Shown here one piece after another: positions 24,797-37,794 of a DNA stretch of 64,000 nt (the first letter of the stretch is position 1; every line of letters begins with the position of its first letter). This DNA is from Hemiscyllium ocellatum (Eukaryota). The stretch is from assembly GCF_020745735.1 (NCBI RefSeq), contig NC_083409.1, positions 24,014,048 to 24,078,047 on the forward strand, given 5' to 3'. The notes below the pieces were generated by a model. It worked only from the letters and a program-made list of their open reading frames with translations. It did no database searches and was not told the origin of the DNA. Position numbers and translations under genes: made by a program.

Positions 24797-25225
24797 GGAG
24801 AAAGTGAGGTCTGCAGATGCTGGAGATCAGAGCTGAAAATGTGTTGCTGGAAAAGCGCAGCAGGTCAGGCAGCATCCAAGGAATAGGAAATTCGACGTTT
24901 GGGCATAAGCCCTTCATCAGGAATGAGGTAAGTGTGTCCAGCAGGCTAAGATAAAAGGTAGGGAGGAGGGACTTGGGGGAGGGGCGATGGAGATGTGATA
25001 GGTGGAAGGAGGTCAAGGTGAGGGTGATAGGTCGGAGTGGGGTGGGGGTGGAGAGTTCAGGAAGAAGATTGCAGGTTAGGAGGGCGGTGCTGAGTTCGAG
25101 GGAATCAACTGAGACAAGGTGGGGGGAGGGGAAATGAGGAAACTGGAGAAATCTGAGTTCATCCCTTGTGGTTGGAGGGTTGCCAGGCGGAAGATGAGGC
25201 GCTCTTCCTCCAACCGTCGTGGAGG
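24797..25225 (-). mobile_element. PLE 3' fragment with decayed hammerhead motif
   Basis: The reverse complement gives EEERLIFRLATLQPQG.N..F (end of the PLE ORF), then cattcCTGATGAagggcttatgcccAAACGTCgaat, then the tail. Confidence 0.8.
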
Positions 25226-25620
25226 AAACAACTGCCCCACTCTGGAGAAAAGATCTTCGCTATTCACCCTATCTATGCCCCTCATGATTTTATGAACCAT
25301 TATATTGTCACCCCTCAGCCTCCAAAGTTGCAGGGAAAATAGCCTCAGCCTATTCAGCCTCTCCAGATAGCTCAAACCCTCCGAACCTGGCAACATCATT
25401 GTAAATCTTTTCTGAAGCATTTTAAGATTCACAACATAATTCCTGTAGCAGGGAGACCAGAATTGCACACAGTATTCCAAAAGTGCCCTAACCAATGTCC
25501 TGTACAGCCGCAACAGCTCCCAACTCCAATACTCAATGCACTGACCAATAAAGGAAAGCAAACCGAACAATATCTTCACCACACTATCGACCTGCAACTC
25601 CACTTTGAAGGAACTATACT
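25226..25620 (-). mobile_element. CR1 LINE 3' fragment
   Basis: LYRTLVRALLEYCVQFWSPCY..LSYLERLNRLRLFSL within ORF 25076-25666. Confidence 0.8.
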
Positions 25621-27580
25621 TTTTTTTTGGATGAACTGGGAATCCTTCAGTTGTGAAAGATGCCATTCCATGTCACCATTGGAGGAAGAGCAGGCAGTTC
25701 CCCCAGTGCCCTGGTTAATACTTATACCCCAATCAAAATCAATAAAAATCTATTTCCTTGCTAATTATCATAATGTGTTTGGGATCTTACTGTGCACACT
25801 CTGCTGGAAAGAGCCATTGGGGCATCCTGAGTTGGGAACAGGTGCTACACAAATTCAAGTCTTTCTTTAAGGTTGGAGCTTCCTGATCCTGACCCTGACC
25901 CATTGTCCGTGTACTCTCACCTTCCAGGGGTCATTGAGTCATTAGGAGAAGTGACCTTGGCTGACCCTGGGGCAGTGAGGCTCTTTGTAGCCTCACCCCT
26001 GACCTCAGCCCATTGGTGTGCAGCAAGGTTTGAAATGTAATCTGGAACCTTCCACATGGACACCCAATGAAGTGTGTGGATCCAAGTCTGCTCCAATGTT
26101 CTCGGATAAAGTTCTCCTGATCTGTGGATGATAGCAGGTTTGTTAAAGATGTATTGAGCTCCATCCCACTTTCCAGCTTTTGCTCCATAGCTCTGGAGGC
26201 TTCGCTTTTTCAAGTGAATATCCAAGTGTTTTTTCAATGTGATGATGGTTTTGGCCTCTCCCACCCTTTCAGTCAGTGAGTCCCAGATCTCACCAGCCTC
26301 TGGGTGGAAACAGTTACTCCTCAACTCCCCTCAAACCCTGCCCCAATTCATTTCAGTCTCTCCCCATGGCTATTGCTTCTCTGCCGATGGAAATCAGTCC
26401 TTCCTACCCACTCTGTCCAGGGCCCACATCATTTTACACACCTCGAATGCTCCACCATTCAATATGATCATGGCTGATCATCCAACACAATCCCCTGTTC
26501 CTGCTTTCTCCCCACATTCTTTGATCCCTTTAATCCTAAGAACAATATCTAATTCCTTCTTGAACACATATACCACATCTAATTCCCTCATGCAGGAAGA
26601 ATGGATGAGAATTATTGGGTTGTTATTTTTTGACCAGTATGGACACAATGGGCTGATGGGCCTTTTGGGTCTCTATGATTCTATGATTGTATATTATGAA
26701 TAACTGGGTTACCAAGGACTGACCCCTGTAGTATGACACTTGGTAACTACCTGCCATTCAGAAAAAGACTTGTTGTTTCTGTCCTGTCTGCCAACCAGTT
26801 CCCAATCCATGTCAGTACATGACCCCCAATCCTCTTGTTAATTGGGATTTCCCTGATTCCGTTGGACATATTTCATCCTGTCAGCTCTTTGCTTTCCACA
26901 GGTCCTGTTCAATGTCACACCTGCATTTTCTATCCTCCTCTCAGCTTTCTGCAGGTTTGATCTCCAGATAACCAACATCACCATCCCTGTTTGGTCTTCC
27001 CTACTCTGCTGCCTTTTGACATCCCAGGCTGAGAGTCTATATTTGGGAGTCCCACCCTTACTCATTGTGGGAACAGATTCTGAACAATCTCTTTCTCATC
27101 CTTCGAGGCCTCCCACTGCCCTGACACTGATATTCCATCCACAGTTTCAGTCCACTTTTGCTAAATCACTGCACAGTTTAGTAAAATAGTTCATTCCCAA
27201 ATGAAAACTTTTACACTTGCTCCATGGTTCTCCATATCTATCCGTACTCTCAATCTCACTGAGTTCTGATCACTGTCACTGAAATGCTCCCACATTGATA
27301 GCTCTTCCAGTTGCCCATATTCATTCCCGAAACAATGGTCTAAAACTGTCCCTTCTCTTTCACCATCACCCTCTCAGGGGCAATTAGGGATGGGCAATAA
27401 ATGCTGGTCCTGGCAGTGACTCTCATATCCCAAGAAGCAATTTAAACAATACCTGTTCTTTTGTCGGGTTTATTCTGTGTTGACGGCAAATATTCAATGA
27501 GATTGTATTGCCAGTGAATATTGTGAGGGTTGAATTCCCTTCAAAAGGCAGGGATTAAAATTGTTTCTCTTGTCTTTCAG

Positions 27581-27908
27581 GCCATGACAACTCTCAGCCC
27601 AAGCTGACCCTGCTGCCCCCTTCCCGGAGCAGGTCAATGCCAAGGGCACTGCCACCCTGGTGTGCCTTGCCAATCACTTCTATCCCAATGGGCTGGAGGT
27701 GCAGTGGAAGAAGGACGGTGCAGTCATTTTGGATGGGATTCAGACCTGCAACTGCCTGCGAGCTTCGGACAGCACCTACAGTGACAGCAGCCTACTGACG
27801 CTCTCTGGGTCTGACTGGAAGTCCAACGTTCACTTCTCCTGTGCCCTCACCCATGTGACTCTCCCCTCTCCCCTTAGCAAGAGCATCAGAAGATCATAAT
27901 GTGTGTAG
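27581..27908 (+). pseudogene. Duplicated Ig kappa-class constant exon, frameshifted
   Basis: Paralog of 17100-17428 with the acceptor retained (tgtctttcag|gc). A 1-nt deletion in the C-rich run near 27630 shifts the frame. GAA>TAA at 27897-27899 also removes the terminal Cys. Confidence 0.92.
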
Positions 27909-28427
27909 AGTGTTGTAGACATCCATGGAGGAGACACAACTTTAAATAGAACAGGGCTGAACTGACAGGACAAAGGTCATCGTTAGCACTGAATTTCACC
28001 TCTCTTCCTTCTCGGGATTGCTCAGAGATACGTCTGAGGTTTGGATGTTGAAGTCGGTCACTGCGACAGTGTCGAGAGACTTTACACTATGTCAAAGCTC
28101 ATGCTGTCGTTGTCCAGGGAGTGTTTGATGGGGAAGTGTTGACTGTATGCCAAGTAAAATCTCTTGAAGTTGCTGACGACTGTCAGCTGTACAAAACAAT
28201 GTGAACCTCAGAAGTCTCTGCTTCAGTAAACCAGATCTCCTTCCTGCTTAGCTGTCAGTTCTAATTTAAGGTTCTGTCACTGTTTAAAGGGACAGGATCC
28301 TCATGTTATTGAGCAAATCTCCACAAGTGTTTTCCTCAAACTCCATTGTGGCTGTGAATTTGAGCAGTTTCCCCTGTCTGGGCTGTAAGCTGCAGTTTTT
28401 TTCTGTCAATGTGAATCTGAAAAAGGG

Positions 28428-28433
28428 AATAAA
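28428..28433 (+). terminator. PolyA signal of the duplicated C block
   Basis: AATAAA at the position homologous to 17941-17946. Confidence 0.55.
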
Positions 28434-28789
28434 GATGAAGATTCAGTCTCTGTCTCTGTGTGTTTTGGAAATAGATGACCTTCCCTGCCCCCCCAGTTGA
28501 TTGGCTGCATTTAGCAGGTCATTGTCACAATTGGTTGCTTAGCCTGTCAATCAATTACAATCATCAGTCATTAATCATTTTCAAATGATCCCTTTGGTCA
28601 GGAATTTATGCAGGTTACAAGATTCCAAAAAGAACAGAAACTGAAAGTTGTCAGGACTCAATAAGTACAATCCGACACATTCCCTCCAGGCCCAGCTGAT
28701 GGGATTGCACTGTGCAATCTCTGCGGCATGTTGGGTAGCCTCTGAAACAATCTTCAGCCATTCACAGACTTTGTCGGCTGTGTCTCTCT

Positions 28790-29190
28790 CAGTGTGAAAG
28801 GATGCTCTCTGGGCGGTCTGAAACCTGTTGATCTTCCAGCTGAAGGAGTCTTCCCCGACTGAGTGTTGCAGACTGGCACATTCCAAGGTCCAGGACTACG
28901 TGTTGAGGGACGCGCTGAAGCTTGGGGCAGCTGCTGCCAAGGCGCGGGTGGGGAATGACCACCGTGTAACATCTGCCTGCCTAAAGAAGATCAGGGAGCC
29001 CATGCAGTCATTTGGGCTCTGCTGACGCCTCAGCTCAATATATGGGCATATGATTGAAAAATGTACCGACCTGTATATAACAATGATAAATTCCGATCTC
29101 CGTATGCAAATATTTACATATGTATGGCATAACCAATGGTACAGATCATCAAATTATTTTATGAATAAAGTAGATTTTTGAAATAAAAAC
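28790..29190 (+). mobile_element. Tx1/L1-clade LINE 3' fragment
   Basis: Encodes ..NLLIFQLKE....CCRLAHSKVQDYVLRDALKLGAAAAKA, followed by a 3' UTR with AATAAA and an A-rich end. Same family as 51602-52285. Confidence 0.7.
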
Positions 29191-29204
29191 ATGTTTAATT
29201 TATG

Positions 29205-29432
29205 CTGCCTGTCGGTGTCTCTCTCTCGGTGTGAGTGTGTTACTCTGTGCTGCCTGTAGGTGTCTCTCTCAGTGCGAGTGTGTTACTCTGTGCTGCCTGT
29301 AGGTGTCTCTCTCAGTGCGAGTGTGTTACTCTGTGCTGCCTGTAGGTGGCTCTGTCAGTGTGAGTGTGTTACTCAGTGCTGCTCTCTCTCAGTGTGAGTG
29401 TGTTACTCTGTGCTGCCTGGCGGTGTCTCTCT
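29205..29432. repeat. 43-bp minisatellite, about 5 copies
   Basis: Unit gtgtctctctcagtgcgagtgtgttactctgtgctgcctgtag; gttactc recurs at 29239, 29282, 29325, 29368 and 29402. Confidence 0.9.
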
Positions 29433-29571
29433 GAGGTCTGTGTCTCCGAGCGATGGATTGAGAATGGGCTTTGTGCTGGGGATTGAAGATGAGACTTTAA
29501 TCTTCTCAAATCATGAATGAAAAACAGCTCAGCTGATTCAGTCTGAGAGGCAGTTCATTCAGATGGCCAAA

Positions 29572-29700
29572 GTTAAAAATCACACAATACCAGGTTTGAG
29601 TCAAACAGGTTTATTTGGAAGTAGAAGTACTCGTTGCGCTGTTCCTTCATCAGGTAGCTGAAGGGGCAGGATCACAGGACACAGAGTTTATAGTAAATTC
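29572..29700 (-). mobile_element. PLE-tail element, single arm, hammerhead partly deleted
   Basis: Aligns with the left arm of the 56558-56826 element (aaagttaaaaatcacacaa.accagg..ccttcatcaggt). Confidence 0.7.
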
Positions 29701-30259
29701 AGATGGCAGCTGAGAGTGTATTCTCGGTAAGGGAGGGATTTCAGAGGCAGTGGGCACTGTGCTCCCTAATGTGCTGCCCAATACAAGGGGATTTTCTGGA
29801 TACAGGTTCAGAATAGTAGTAGCTGCCTGCCCAGCCAATGCTGGCTCACCATAGTTGTATTTCAGCTGTCAATTAGCCCGAAATTAGGAGCAGCAATATT
29901 ACCTTCCAGGGAGGGGAGCTGTCTGAGGGAGGGAGGTTGAATTCTTACAGCCCCAAGAGAGGTTGCAGTGGATTAATGACAGGTATGACCACCATGAAGG
30001 TGTCAAGTTCTCTCCTCCTGTCCCAGCTTTGATGCCCCTCATGTTAAAAACGTGACTGTGCTCCTTTAGGATGATGACCATGTTCCTGGGTGAGGTCGGG
30101 AGGGAAGGTCAGCCTCTCCCAAAGGCAGCACAGGCTGGATAGAAGGGGCATCAAGGGTAAGCATGGGGAGATTGAGGGTGACAGAAGGAGGGGGCTGGTT
30201 CGCAGGTTGTTATTCAGAGTCAGGTCCCAGAGTATCAGTACTTCTGACAGTCCCGTTTT

Positions 30260-31400
30260 ATTTTTTTTTAGAACCTCTGACACTCCTGTTTATTTTTTTT
30301 CTATTACCCCCACACTACGGCCTAACTGCGGTAGTGCTTATTTTTTTCCCCAGCACCCATGTTGTGTATGTGTAGGTGTGAGACACAGTGAGACACACCA
30401 AAATGTACGAATCTTTATTCAGTTTCCACCACCAGGAAGAAAGGAAACACCCGAGTGGCCTGTGACAAGCAGTGCCCTTCACATCAAAGGGCAATGCTGT
30501 GTGATCAAACAGTGCAGCGGAGGGCAGGGATTATATGAAAATAGAGTTGGAGGAGGAGGTAATGCACTCCACTCCCTGCGGCGCCCCCCTCTCCCTGAAC
30601 AACTCCAGGGTGTTGGTGGAGACCGCGTGCTCCTTCTCCAAGGACACCCGGGCTCTAACATAACTACGGAAGAGGGGCAGGCAGTCGGCACAAACGACCA
30701 CCTCCACAGCCCGCTGCCTGGACCTGTTTATGGCCAGTTTGGCCAGGCCCAGGAGCAGACCCACAAGGAAGTCTTCAGACCTGCCCTACCTCCTCCGTAC
30801 CCGAAGATCAGGAGCGTGGGACTGAAATGCAACCAAAAGCAGAGGAGGAGGTTTTTAAGAAAATCAAAAGGGGAGTGCAAATGCCCACACCCAATATACA
30901 CGTGGTCCACGGACTCCACAGTGCCACAGAACAAGCAGTTGTGCTCGGAGTCCGTGAACCACCCCAATCTGCGGTTGCAGGGGACCGCTGCATGCAGCAC
31001 CCTCTACCCCAGATCCCCGAGAGAAAGGGGGAGGACTCCCACGTAGAGAGCCCTCCACTGGGGATCCCCACCACCCGGGGGCAAATGGATGTGTCCGGAC
31101 GGTGGATGAGGGAGAAGAGGTGGACGATGTGCAGCAGCAGTCGATACAGGGCCCGCCTTTTTACATCCTTAAAAGGGACAAAATTAAAATTCAGGAGGTG
31201 GCTCAGGTTGTGGGACACAGGCTTCCATGGGAAGTATGGGACCTTGGGGCCAATGTGAAATTCTGTCTGGGCTGGGGTGAGCGTGGACGGGATCCCACCG
31301 CACACCTGAGCATCCTCCAACTGGTGCACTACGTCGGGTCCGAGCACCGCCGTTTGACAGTCCCCTTTTCATCTGTCAGCCAGGACTCCCTGTTGGACAA
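30260..31400 (-). mobile_element. Tx1/L1-clade LINE 3' portion with zinc-knuckle-like domain
   Basis: Minus-strand LHAAVPCNRRL.WFTDSEHNCLFCGTVESVDHVYIGC and LAKLAINRSR..VRARVSLEKEHAVS, with an A-rich repeated 3' end near 30260-30350. Confidence 0.75.
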
Positions 31401-31588
31401 GGTTAACTGTCCCTGTCAGGGAACTCATATTATATATAAAAGAATAAAACATTTATTGAACAAGGAGCTCAAGAGCTAAATGGCACTAGACAAAATGAAT
31501 GGTTTGAAAGGTTTCATTATGAACACCGCAAATGAGATTTGGTGAAGAACGTTTTCACTCAGTGGGTGGTGGGAATCTGGAATGGCCT

Positions 31589-31891
31589 GTCATAGAATCC
31601 CTACTGTGAGGAAACAGGTTATTTGGCCCAACGAGTCCACACTGACCCTTGGAAGAGTAACCCACCCAAGACCCAATCCCCATCCCATTACTCTACTTTT
31701 CCCCTGACTAATGAATCTAACCTACCCATCCCTGACCACTATGGGCAATTTAGCACAGCCAATTCACCTAACCTGCACGTCTTTAGATTGTGGGAGGAAC
31801 CCAGAGCACCCAGAGGAAACCTACGCAGACACGGGGAGAATGTGCAAACTCCACACAGACAGTTGCCTGAGGCTGGAATTGAACCCGGGTC
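31589..31891 (-). mobile_element. HE1-like SINE, 5'-truncated
   Basis: Reverse complement of the 32754 and 38297 copies from the B-box onward. Confidence 0.8.
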
Positions 31892-32299
31892 AAAACATTC
31901 GGACCGGCCTTGGCTTTGCTCCAGCTTTTGCATCCACCTCTGGCCCTTCCCACTCTGCAACCAAGACTCTGACTACATTTACCAGAGTCACCCTGAGTCC
32001 AGCTGCCGACCTGCAGCCAGCCAGCACACTCGCTCTCCCCCTCCTCATCCATACACCCCCACAGTGCACCCTATCCCTCCACTTCTCCCTCTTCACCTCA
32101 TCCCCACCTTCCCACTCCCCCACCTCACTCCATAACCCACCTCCACCACAATCACCTTTCTCTCCTCCACCCATTTCCCCGTGCTACATCACAACCAACC
32201 CTCACCCACCACACCATTACCCTTCCCCCTCCCCTCCTTCAGCCAACTTGGGCCCCCCGAAAACCTCACCCCCGAGCCTTGCCCCATATTTACTATTCC

Positions 32300-35063
32300 C
32301 CCCTCCCCGACCTCGAACTCTCTGAGGCAAAAAAGGTCTATCCTCAGAAAAGGGCTCACGGTCATTCCTGCTTGACCCCACCTCAACGAAACCTGCACCC
32401 GCCACAACGCGGAGCTCTTCTTCCGCCACCTCTACCTCCGTGTCTTCTTCTTTAACAAAAACTCCCAAACTCCCTGTGAGGACCCCTCCTCCCACCTCCA
32501 ACCTTCCTGCTCCACTTGGTCACCGCCCCCATCCCCCACCACCAACTGTGTACACATCCTAGACCTCTTCAGTGCTGACCACTGACGTGATATCAGCCGC
32601 CTCAATTTCTCCACATCCCCCCCACCTCCGTCACTCTCTCCAACCACCCCCCTCTGATTGAGGACTCCATTCTCTCCGCGCCAACACCTGGTTCACTATC
32701 AAACCCACTGACAAAGGTGGGGTGGTGGTAATCTGGAGAACAGACCTAAATGTCACGGTGGCACAGTGGTTAGCGCTGCTGCCTCACAGCGCCAGGGACC
32801 TGGGTTCAATTCCTGCCTCAGGCGAGTGACTGTGTGGAGTTTGCACATTCTCCCCGTGTCTGTGTGGGTTTCCTCCGGGTGCTCCGGTTTCCTCCCGCAG
32901 TCACAAAGATGTGTGGGTCAGGTGAATTGGCCATGCTAAATTGTCCGTAGTGTTAAGTAAGGGGTAAATGTAGGGGTATGGGTGGGCGGCGCTTCGGCGG
33001 GTCAGTGTGGACTTGTTGGGCCGAAGGGCCTGTTTCCACACTGTAAGTAATCTAATCTAATGATGTCAGTCACATAGGCCGAACGCCAATTCTCCGACAC
33101 CATGCCCTACTGCCCCCTTGCCCATGACCCCACGGTGACCCATCAGGTCAAAATCACATGCACTATCAGTGCCCTCATTGCCTCCAGTGACCTCCCCTCC
33201 ATTGCCTCCAAACTCATATACCCCCAGCCCCACAATGCCCAGTTCTATCTGCTCCTCAAGATCCACAAGTCCAACTATCCCGGGTGACCCATTGTCTCAG
33301 CATGCTCCTGCTCCACCAAACTCCTCTCATCCTACCTCAACTCTCCTCCTTGATTCAGGCACTTCCCATCTACATCCGCTACACCAACCACACCCTCCAT
33401 CTCTTCAGTAATGTCCAGATCCCCAGCCCTGAGCGCTTTATCTCCACTATGGATGTGCAGAACTTATATATATCCATACCCGATAAGGATGGCCTCCAGA
33501 CCCTCCACCTTTTCCTCTGCAACAGACCCATCCATTCCCCCTCCACCAATACCCTCCTCCGCCTTGCTGAACTAGTCCTCACCCTCAACAACATTTACTT
33601 TAACTCCTCCCATTTCCTCTTAATCCAGGGGTTGGCCATGGGCACCTAGATGGAACCCAGCTACGCTTGCTTCTGTATCGTCTATGTTGTATAGTCCCTC
33701 TCCAGTATCTACACAGGCACTGTGCCCAAACTCTTCTGACATTACATCAATGACTGCATCAGTGCAGTGACCTTCACCCAGGCTGAACTGGAGCAGTTCA
33801 TCGGCTTTGCCCACAACTTCCATCCCGTCCTCAAATTCCCTTGGTCCATCTCGGACAGCTCCCTCCCCTTTTTTGACCTCTCCATTTCCAATTCTGGTGA
33901 TAATCTACAGACAGACATTTACGACAAACCCACATATTCCCATAACTAACTGGACTACACCTCCTTCCACCCAGTATCCTGTAAGAACTCCATCTCATTC
34001 TTCCAATTCCTCTGCCTCCACCCCATCAGCTCGGATGAGGAGACATTCCACTGATCACAGATGTCCAACTGTTACGGACAATGTGCTTTTCCTCCTTCTG
34101 CCATCCACTGCACCACATCTATTTCCTGTTCCACTGCTCTAAACCCACCCCCCTCTAAATACAATAAAGGGAGAGTCCCTATTGTCGTCACCTATCACCC
34201 CACCAATCTCTGAATCCAACGCATCATTCTTAAACACTTCCATCAACTCTAACTAGACAACACCACCAAATACATCTTCCTCTCCCCACCCCTGGCTGCC
34301 TTCCACAAGGACCATTCCCTTCGATAATTCTTGATCTGTGCCACTAACACTGCAACCATCCTGAACCTCTTGGTACCTTCTCCTGCAACCTGAAAACATG
34401 CAAAACCTGCTGGTACACCAATCCCACACCTCCATCCAGGGCCCCAAACAGTCCTTCCAGGTGAGACAGAGGTTCACCTGCTTCACCTCCAACCTAGTTT
34501 ACTGCATCAGGTGTTCCCCATGTGGTCTTCTCTACATCGGGAAGAGCAAACGTAAACTGAGGAACATTTCACTGAACATCTCAGCCGAACCCACAGGGGC
34601 CGAGCAGTCCTACCAGTCAGCACCCATTTTAATTCCCCTTCCCACTCCATTTTTGACATGACCATCATTGGCCTCCTCCATTGCCACAATGAACCAAACC
34701 ACATATTGGAGGAACAACATCTCATCTTCCTTCTGGCAGCATACAGCCCAGATGACTCAACATTGAGTTCTCCAATTTCAAATAACCTCCCTTCACATCC
34801 TCTGACCCCCTTCCCAGCACCTCTCCCTCCCCGCCACTACTCCCTTACACCTACCAGATTCATTCCTCCCACTGACCAACCAGGTCACACCCTCCACCTG
34901 TCATCACCTATCTGCACTTTATCATCCTGTCACGGCACCTCTTTATCTGCAGCTCCCCCTACACCCACTCCCATTCCTGAAGATGGGTTACACCCAAAAC
35001 ATCAGCTTCTCCACCGCCTGATGCTGCCTGACTTGCTGTGTTTTTCCAGCCTCCTGCCTGTCA
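32300..35063 (+). mobile_element. Penelope-like retroelement (RT + GIY-YIG), near full length, decayed
   Basis: N-terminal LRKGLTVIP..ELFFRHLYLRVFF; RT motifs MDVQNLYISIP and LAELVLTLNNIYFNSSHFLLIQGLAMGT; GIY-YIG FTCFTSNLVYCIRCSPCGLLYIGKSKR; decayed hammerhead motif at 34974-35006. Interrupted by a SINE. Confidence 0.88.
32754..33060 (+). mobile_element. HE1-like SINE inserted in the PLE
   Basis: tRNA-like head cacggtggcacagtggttagc..gggttcaattcc, conserved body and (taatc)n tail. Confidence 0.9.
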
Positions 35064-35849
35064 TTGAATGGAACCAGTAGGAAAGGGTTAGACAATCAAG
35101 GGTCAGGCTCACAAACAAATGGGAATGGGATGTGCTACAGACAGATGCATTGAGACAGACAGTCAATCATAAAGAGAAGACCAAACTGGAAATGAAACAC
35201 TAATCCACAGTGGATGGAATTTAATATCAGAAAGTGTGAGACCATGAACTTGGGTCAGAATAATCTAAAGGCCGACTATTATTTAAATAGTGAGAGATTC
35301 CAACAAAGTGCACTACAGTGTGATCTGGGTAGTATTGTGCATGAAACACTGAAAGTTAGTGCAGGTGCAGCAAGTAATTGAGAAGGAGAATGGAATTTTC
35401 ACCTTTATTGCTGGGGGTTGGAATTTAAAAGTAGAGAAGTCTTGTTAAAACTGTACGGGGTGTTAGTGAGGCTGCATCTGGGGTATTGTGTGCAATTTTG
35501 GTCTCGGTATTTAAGAAAGTATGGACAGCCGTTGGAGTCTTCCTCCAACTCCTATTTCCCATGTCCTTGTGTGCTCCAATGTCCTTCCCTCACAGCAGAG
35601 CTGGTTGGAGCCTGCCTGCAGTAGCAGCCTCCAGTCTCTGGGTGGTGCTACCAAATGATCTGCATTGCCCAGGCTGTCACAGTTCCCACATTACAATAAT
35701 GTCTGGTTTTTGGAAGCATTCCATTGCCTGTAAAATATTTTCGAACATCCTAAGTTCAAGGAAGGTATAACAAAAATATAATTCTCTCTCCTTTTATATT
35801 TTATCTTGATGCCTTCCCACCTGTCTCCTAACAACATCACAGACTTGTG

Positions 35850-37794
35850 TAAAATTTAGAATGAATCATGAATCTCTGGGAGAATTTACTCTGTGACAAC
35901 ACGGGGATTAATGACCACCTCCTCAGTGGGCTTTGAGGGTGAAGGTCAATAGCACGCTCATTGGGACTTGATCTGAGTTATCTCCAGTTAGTCAGTGTTA
36001 TTGTTCTGGGACCAGACAGTACTGACCAATCCTGTGTTCTGATTGAGATGAAGGGTGAGCTGTGCTGGGCTTTCACACGTGGCTTACACACACATAGTGA
36101 AGCATGGATTACCCTTTTCATGTGAGTAAATGGAACTAACAAAATGGGTGGATGTGACACCCCCAAACTCTCCCTAAGATAGTGGGGACAGGAACAGTTA
36201 TATTCTCAGACAGAAAGAATGATAGAAATGGTACCCTACAGACAGAGGCGGGACAGGAAAAGCAACGCTCCCGAAAGACAGGGGACAGAAACTGTCTGTT
36301 CCCTACTTTCTTGTTGTGACACATGACCTTGGGAAATTAGTTTGATTTCTATTTTCTCAGTTGGATTTGGGTTTGATGAGGTGATTCGGGAACAAGTATT
36401 CCAATTCCTTATTTCCTGTCACAGCAGATCCACTGAAGTTCATCCTTTCATTTGGAGCTTGCCCAGGTTTCTGTCCAGGCTGATACAGCATGGTCTACCA
36501 GTGCTGCTCCTATTGGGCTAAACCATCACACACGAGGGAACCTGACAAACCCTTTTTGTTTGTGCTGGCAAATGGAGAGATTTGCTTTTACTACAATAGC
36601 GACCAAAGAAATCAGTCAGCGGATGTGTTTCTAGCTGAGCACAATGTTCTGATGTTCATGATGGGATTAACCTCGACAGTTCCCACTTGCCTTTACACCG
36701 ACAGTGGAACAGGAAGTCACCATGCAGTGGTCTCCTGGCTCACACTGAGAAACCGAGTTGATGGTATAACTGTAGAGAGCAAGACAATGGCTTGGACTCA
36801 CCGAACAACCAGAGGCTTCAGCCAACAACTGGGTCACAGGCAAATGGTGTGTTGTGTAAACTCTCAGTATCTCAGGGAACAAACACAACTACTGAGCTAC
36901 AAAACTGAACAGGATATTTTTATGAAAATCGGCATTCCAAAAATGAAATCCAGACACAATATATATAAAACCTGGGTACAATCTAATTTCAGAGACTGCA
37001 GCATTTTCTTTGAAAGCTGGACAATAACGAGATTGAAATTCAGCCACCCACTCCGTCACACGGTGTTGAAGTTGCACTGTCCTCAGCATAACACGGTTCA
37101 AAGCCTTTTAATAACACGAAAGGGGAGAGGAACATTGCAAACTGTATTACCACGAGTGAGGATCCATTAAAAACTAAGACCATGATGTTAAATGCTCCCA
37201 GCCATAAACAACACTGATGCATTCACATCATTAGTTTGTTAAGTGATGTTAAAAAGTCTGCCAACCACTTTCATGAAGAAGGAATATTTAAATCTCAAGA
37301 GGCATTGATGACTTTTTTTCAGGACTATAGCAAGGAAGCAGCAGCTGGCATATAAACTCTAACACACTAATGATAACAGGCATTTAGTACAGAGCTGGCT
37401 CTGAGAGAAAACAATCAACAGCAGAGATCTGTCCAGTGCTGGGAACACATTAGACAAGACATTTGGTTGCCAGCAAGTTTCTGCAGCTTGAAAACTCCAG
37501 TACATTCAGAAAGGGAAAAAGGACGATGTGCAGATTGTTGAACAGGTCCCGACACTTGGGCCTGAGGCAGGAGCCCAAGCTCCAACACACTGGCCTCACT
37601 TCACACCAACCTTCACACAGTGCGGGATCATGAACTCCGGCCATCAATCCCTCTGGGACCGGGACGGAGTGAGGGAACAGGGACAATTGTAGAAGAGTCA
37701 ATAAGGAGTAAAGCAAGATGGAGAGGGTGTTTTGGAAAGGGGTGAGAGGAGGAAATATACTTTGTGCCCCTCGATACTGATATTGTCCATTTGT
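35850..37794 (+). other. Unidentified coding-like segment, copy 1 (contains the 226-aa ORF 36490-37170); resumes at 39037-39140 after a PLE insertion
   Basis: Colinear inverted paralog at about 49533-51055 and a fragment at about 24330-24796. Both long copies keep a pyrimidine-rich AG acceptor-like site (here ttctattttctcag, ending 36360). No family recognised. Confidence 0.5.

Noticed and set aside
30090-31046. Longest ORF in the track (318 aa, + strand)
   Set aside because: It is the antisense of a Tx1 LINE, not a gene.
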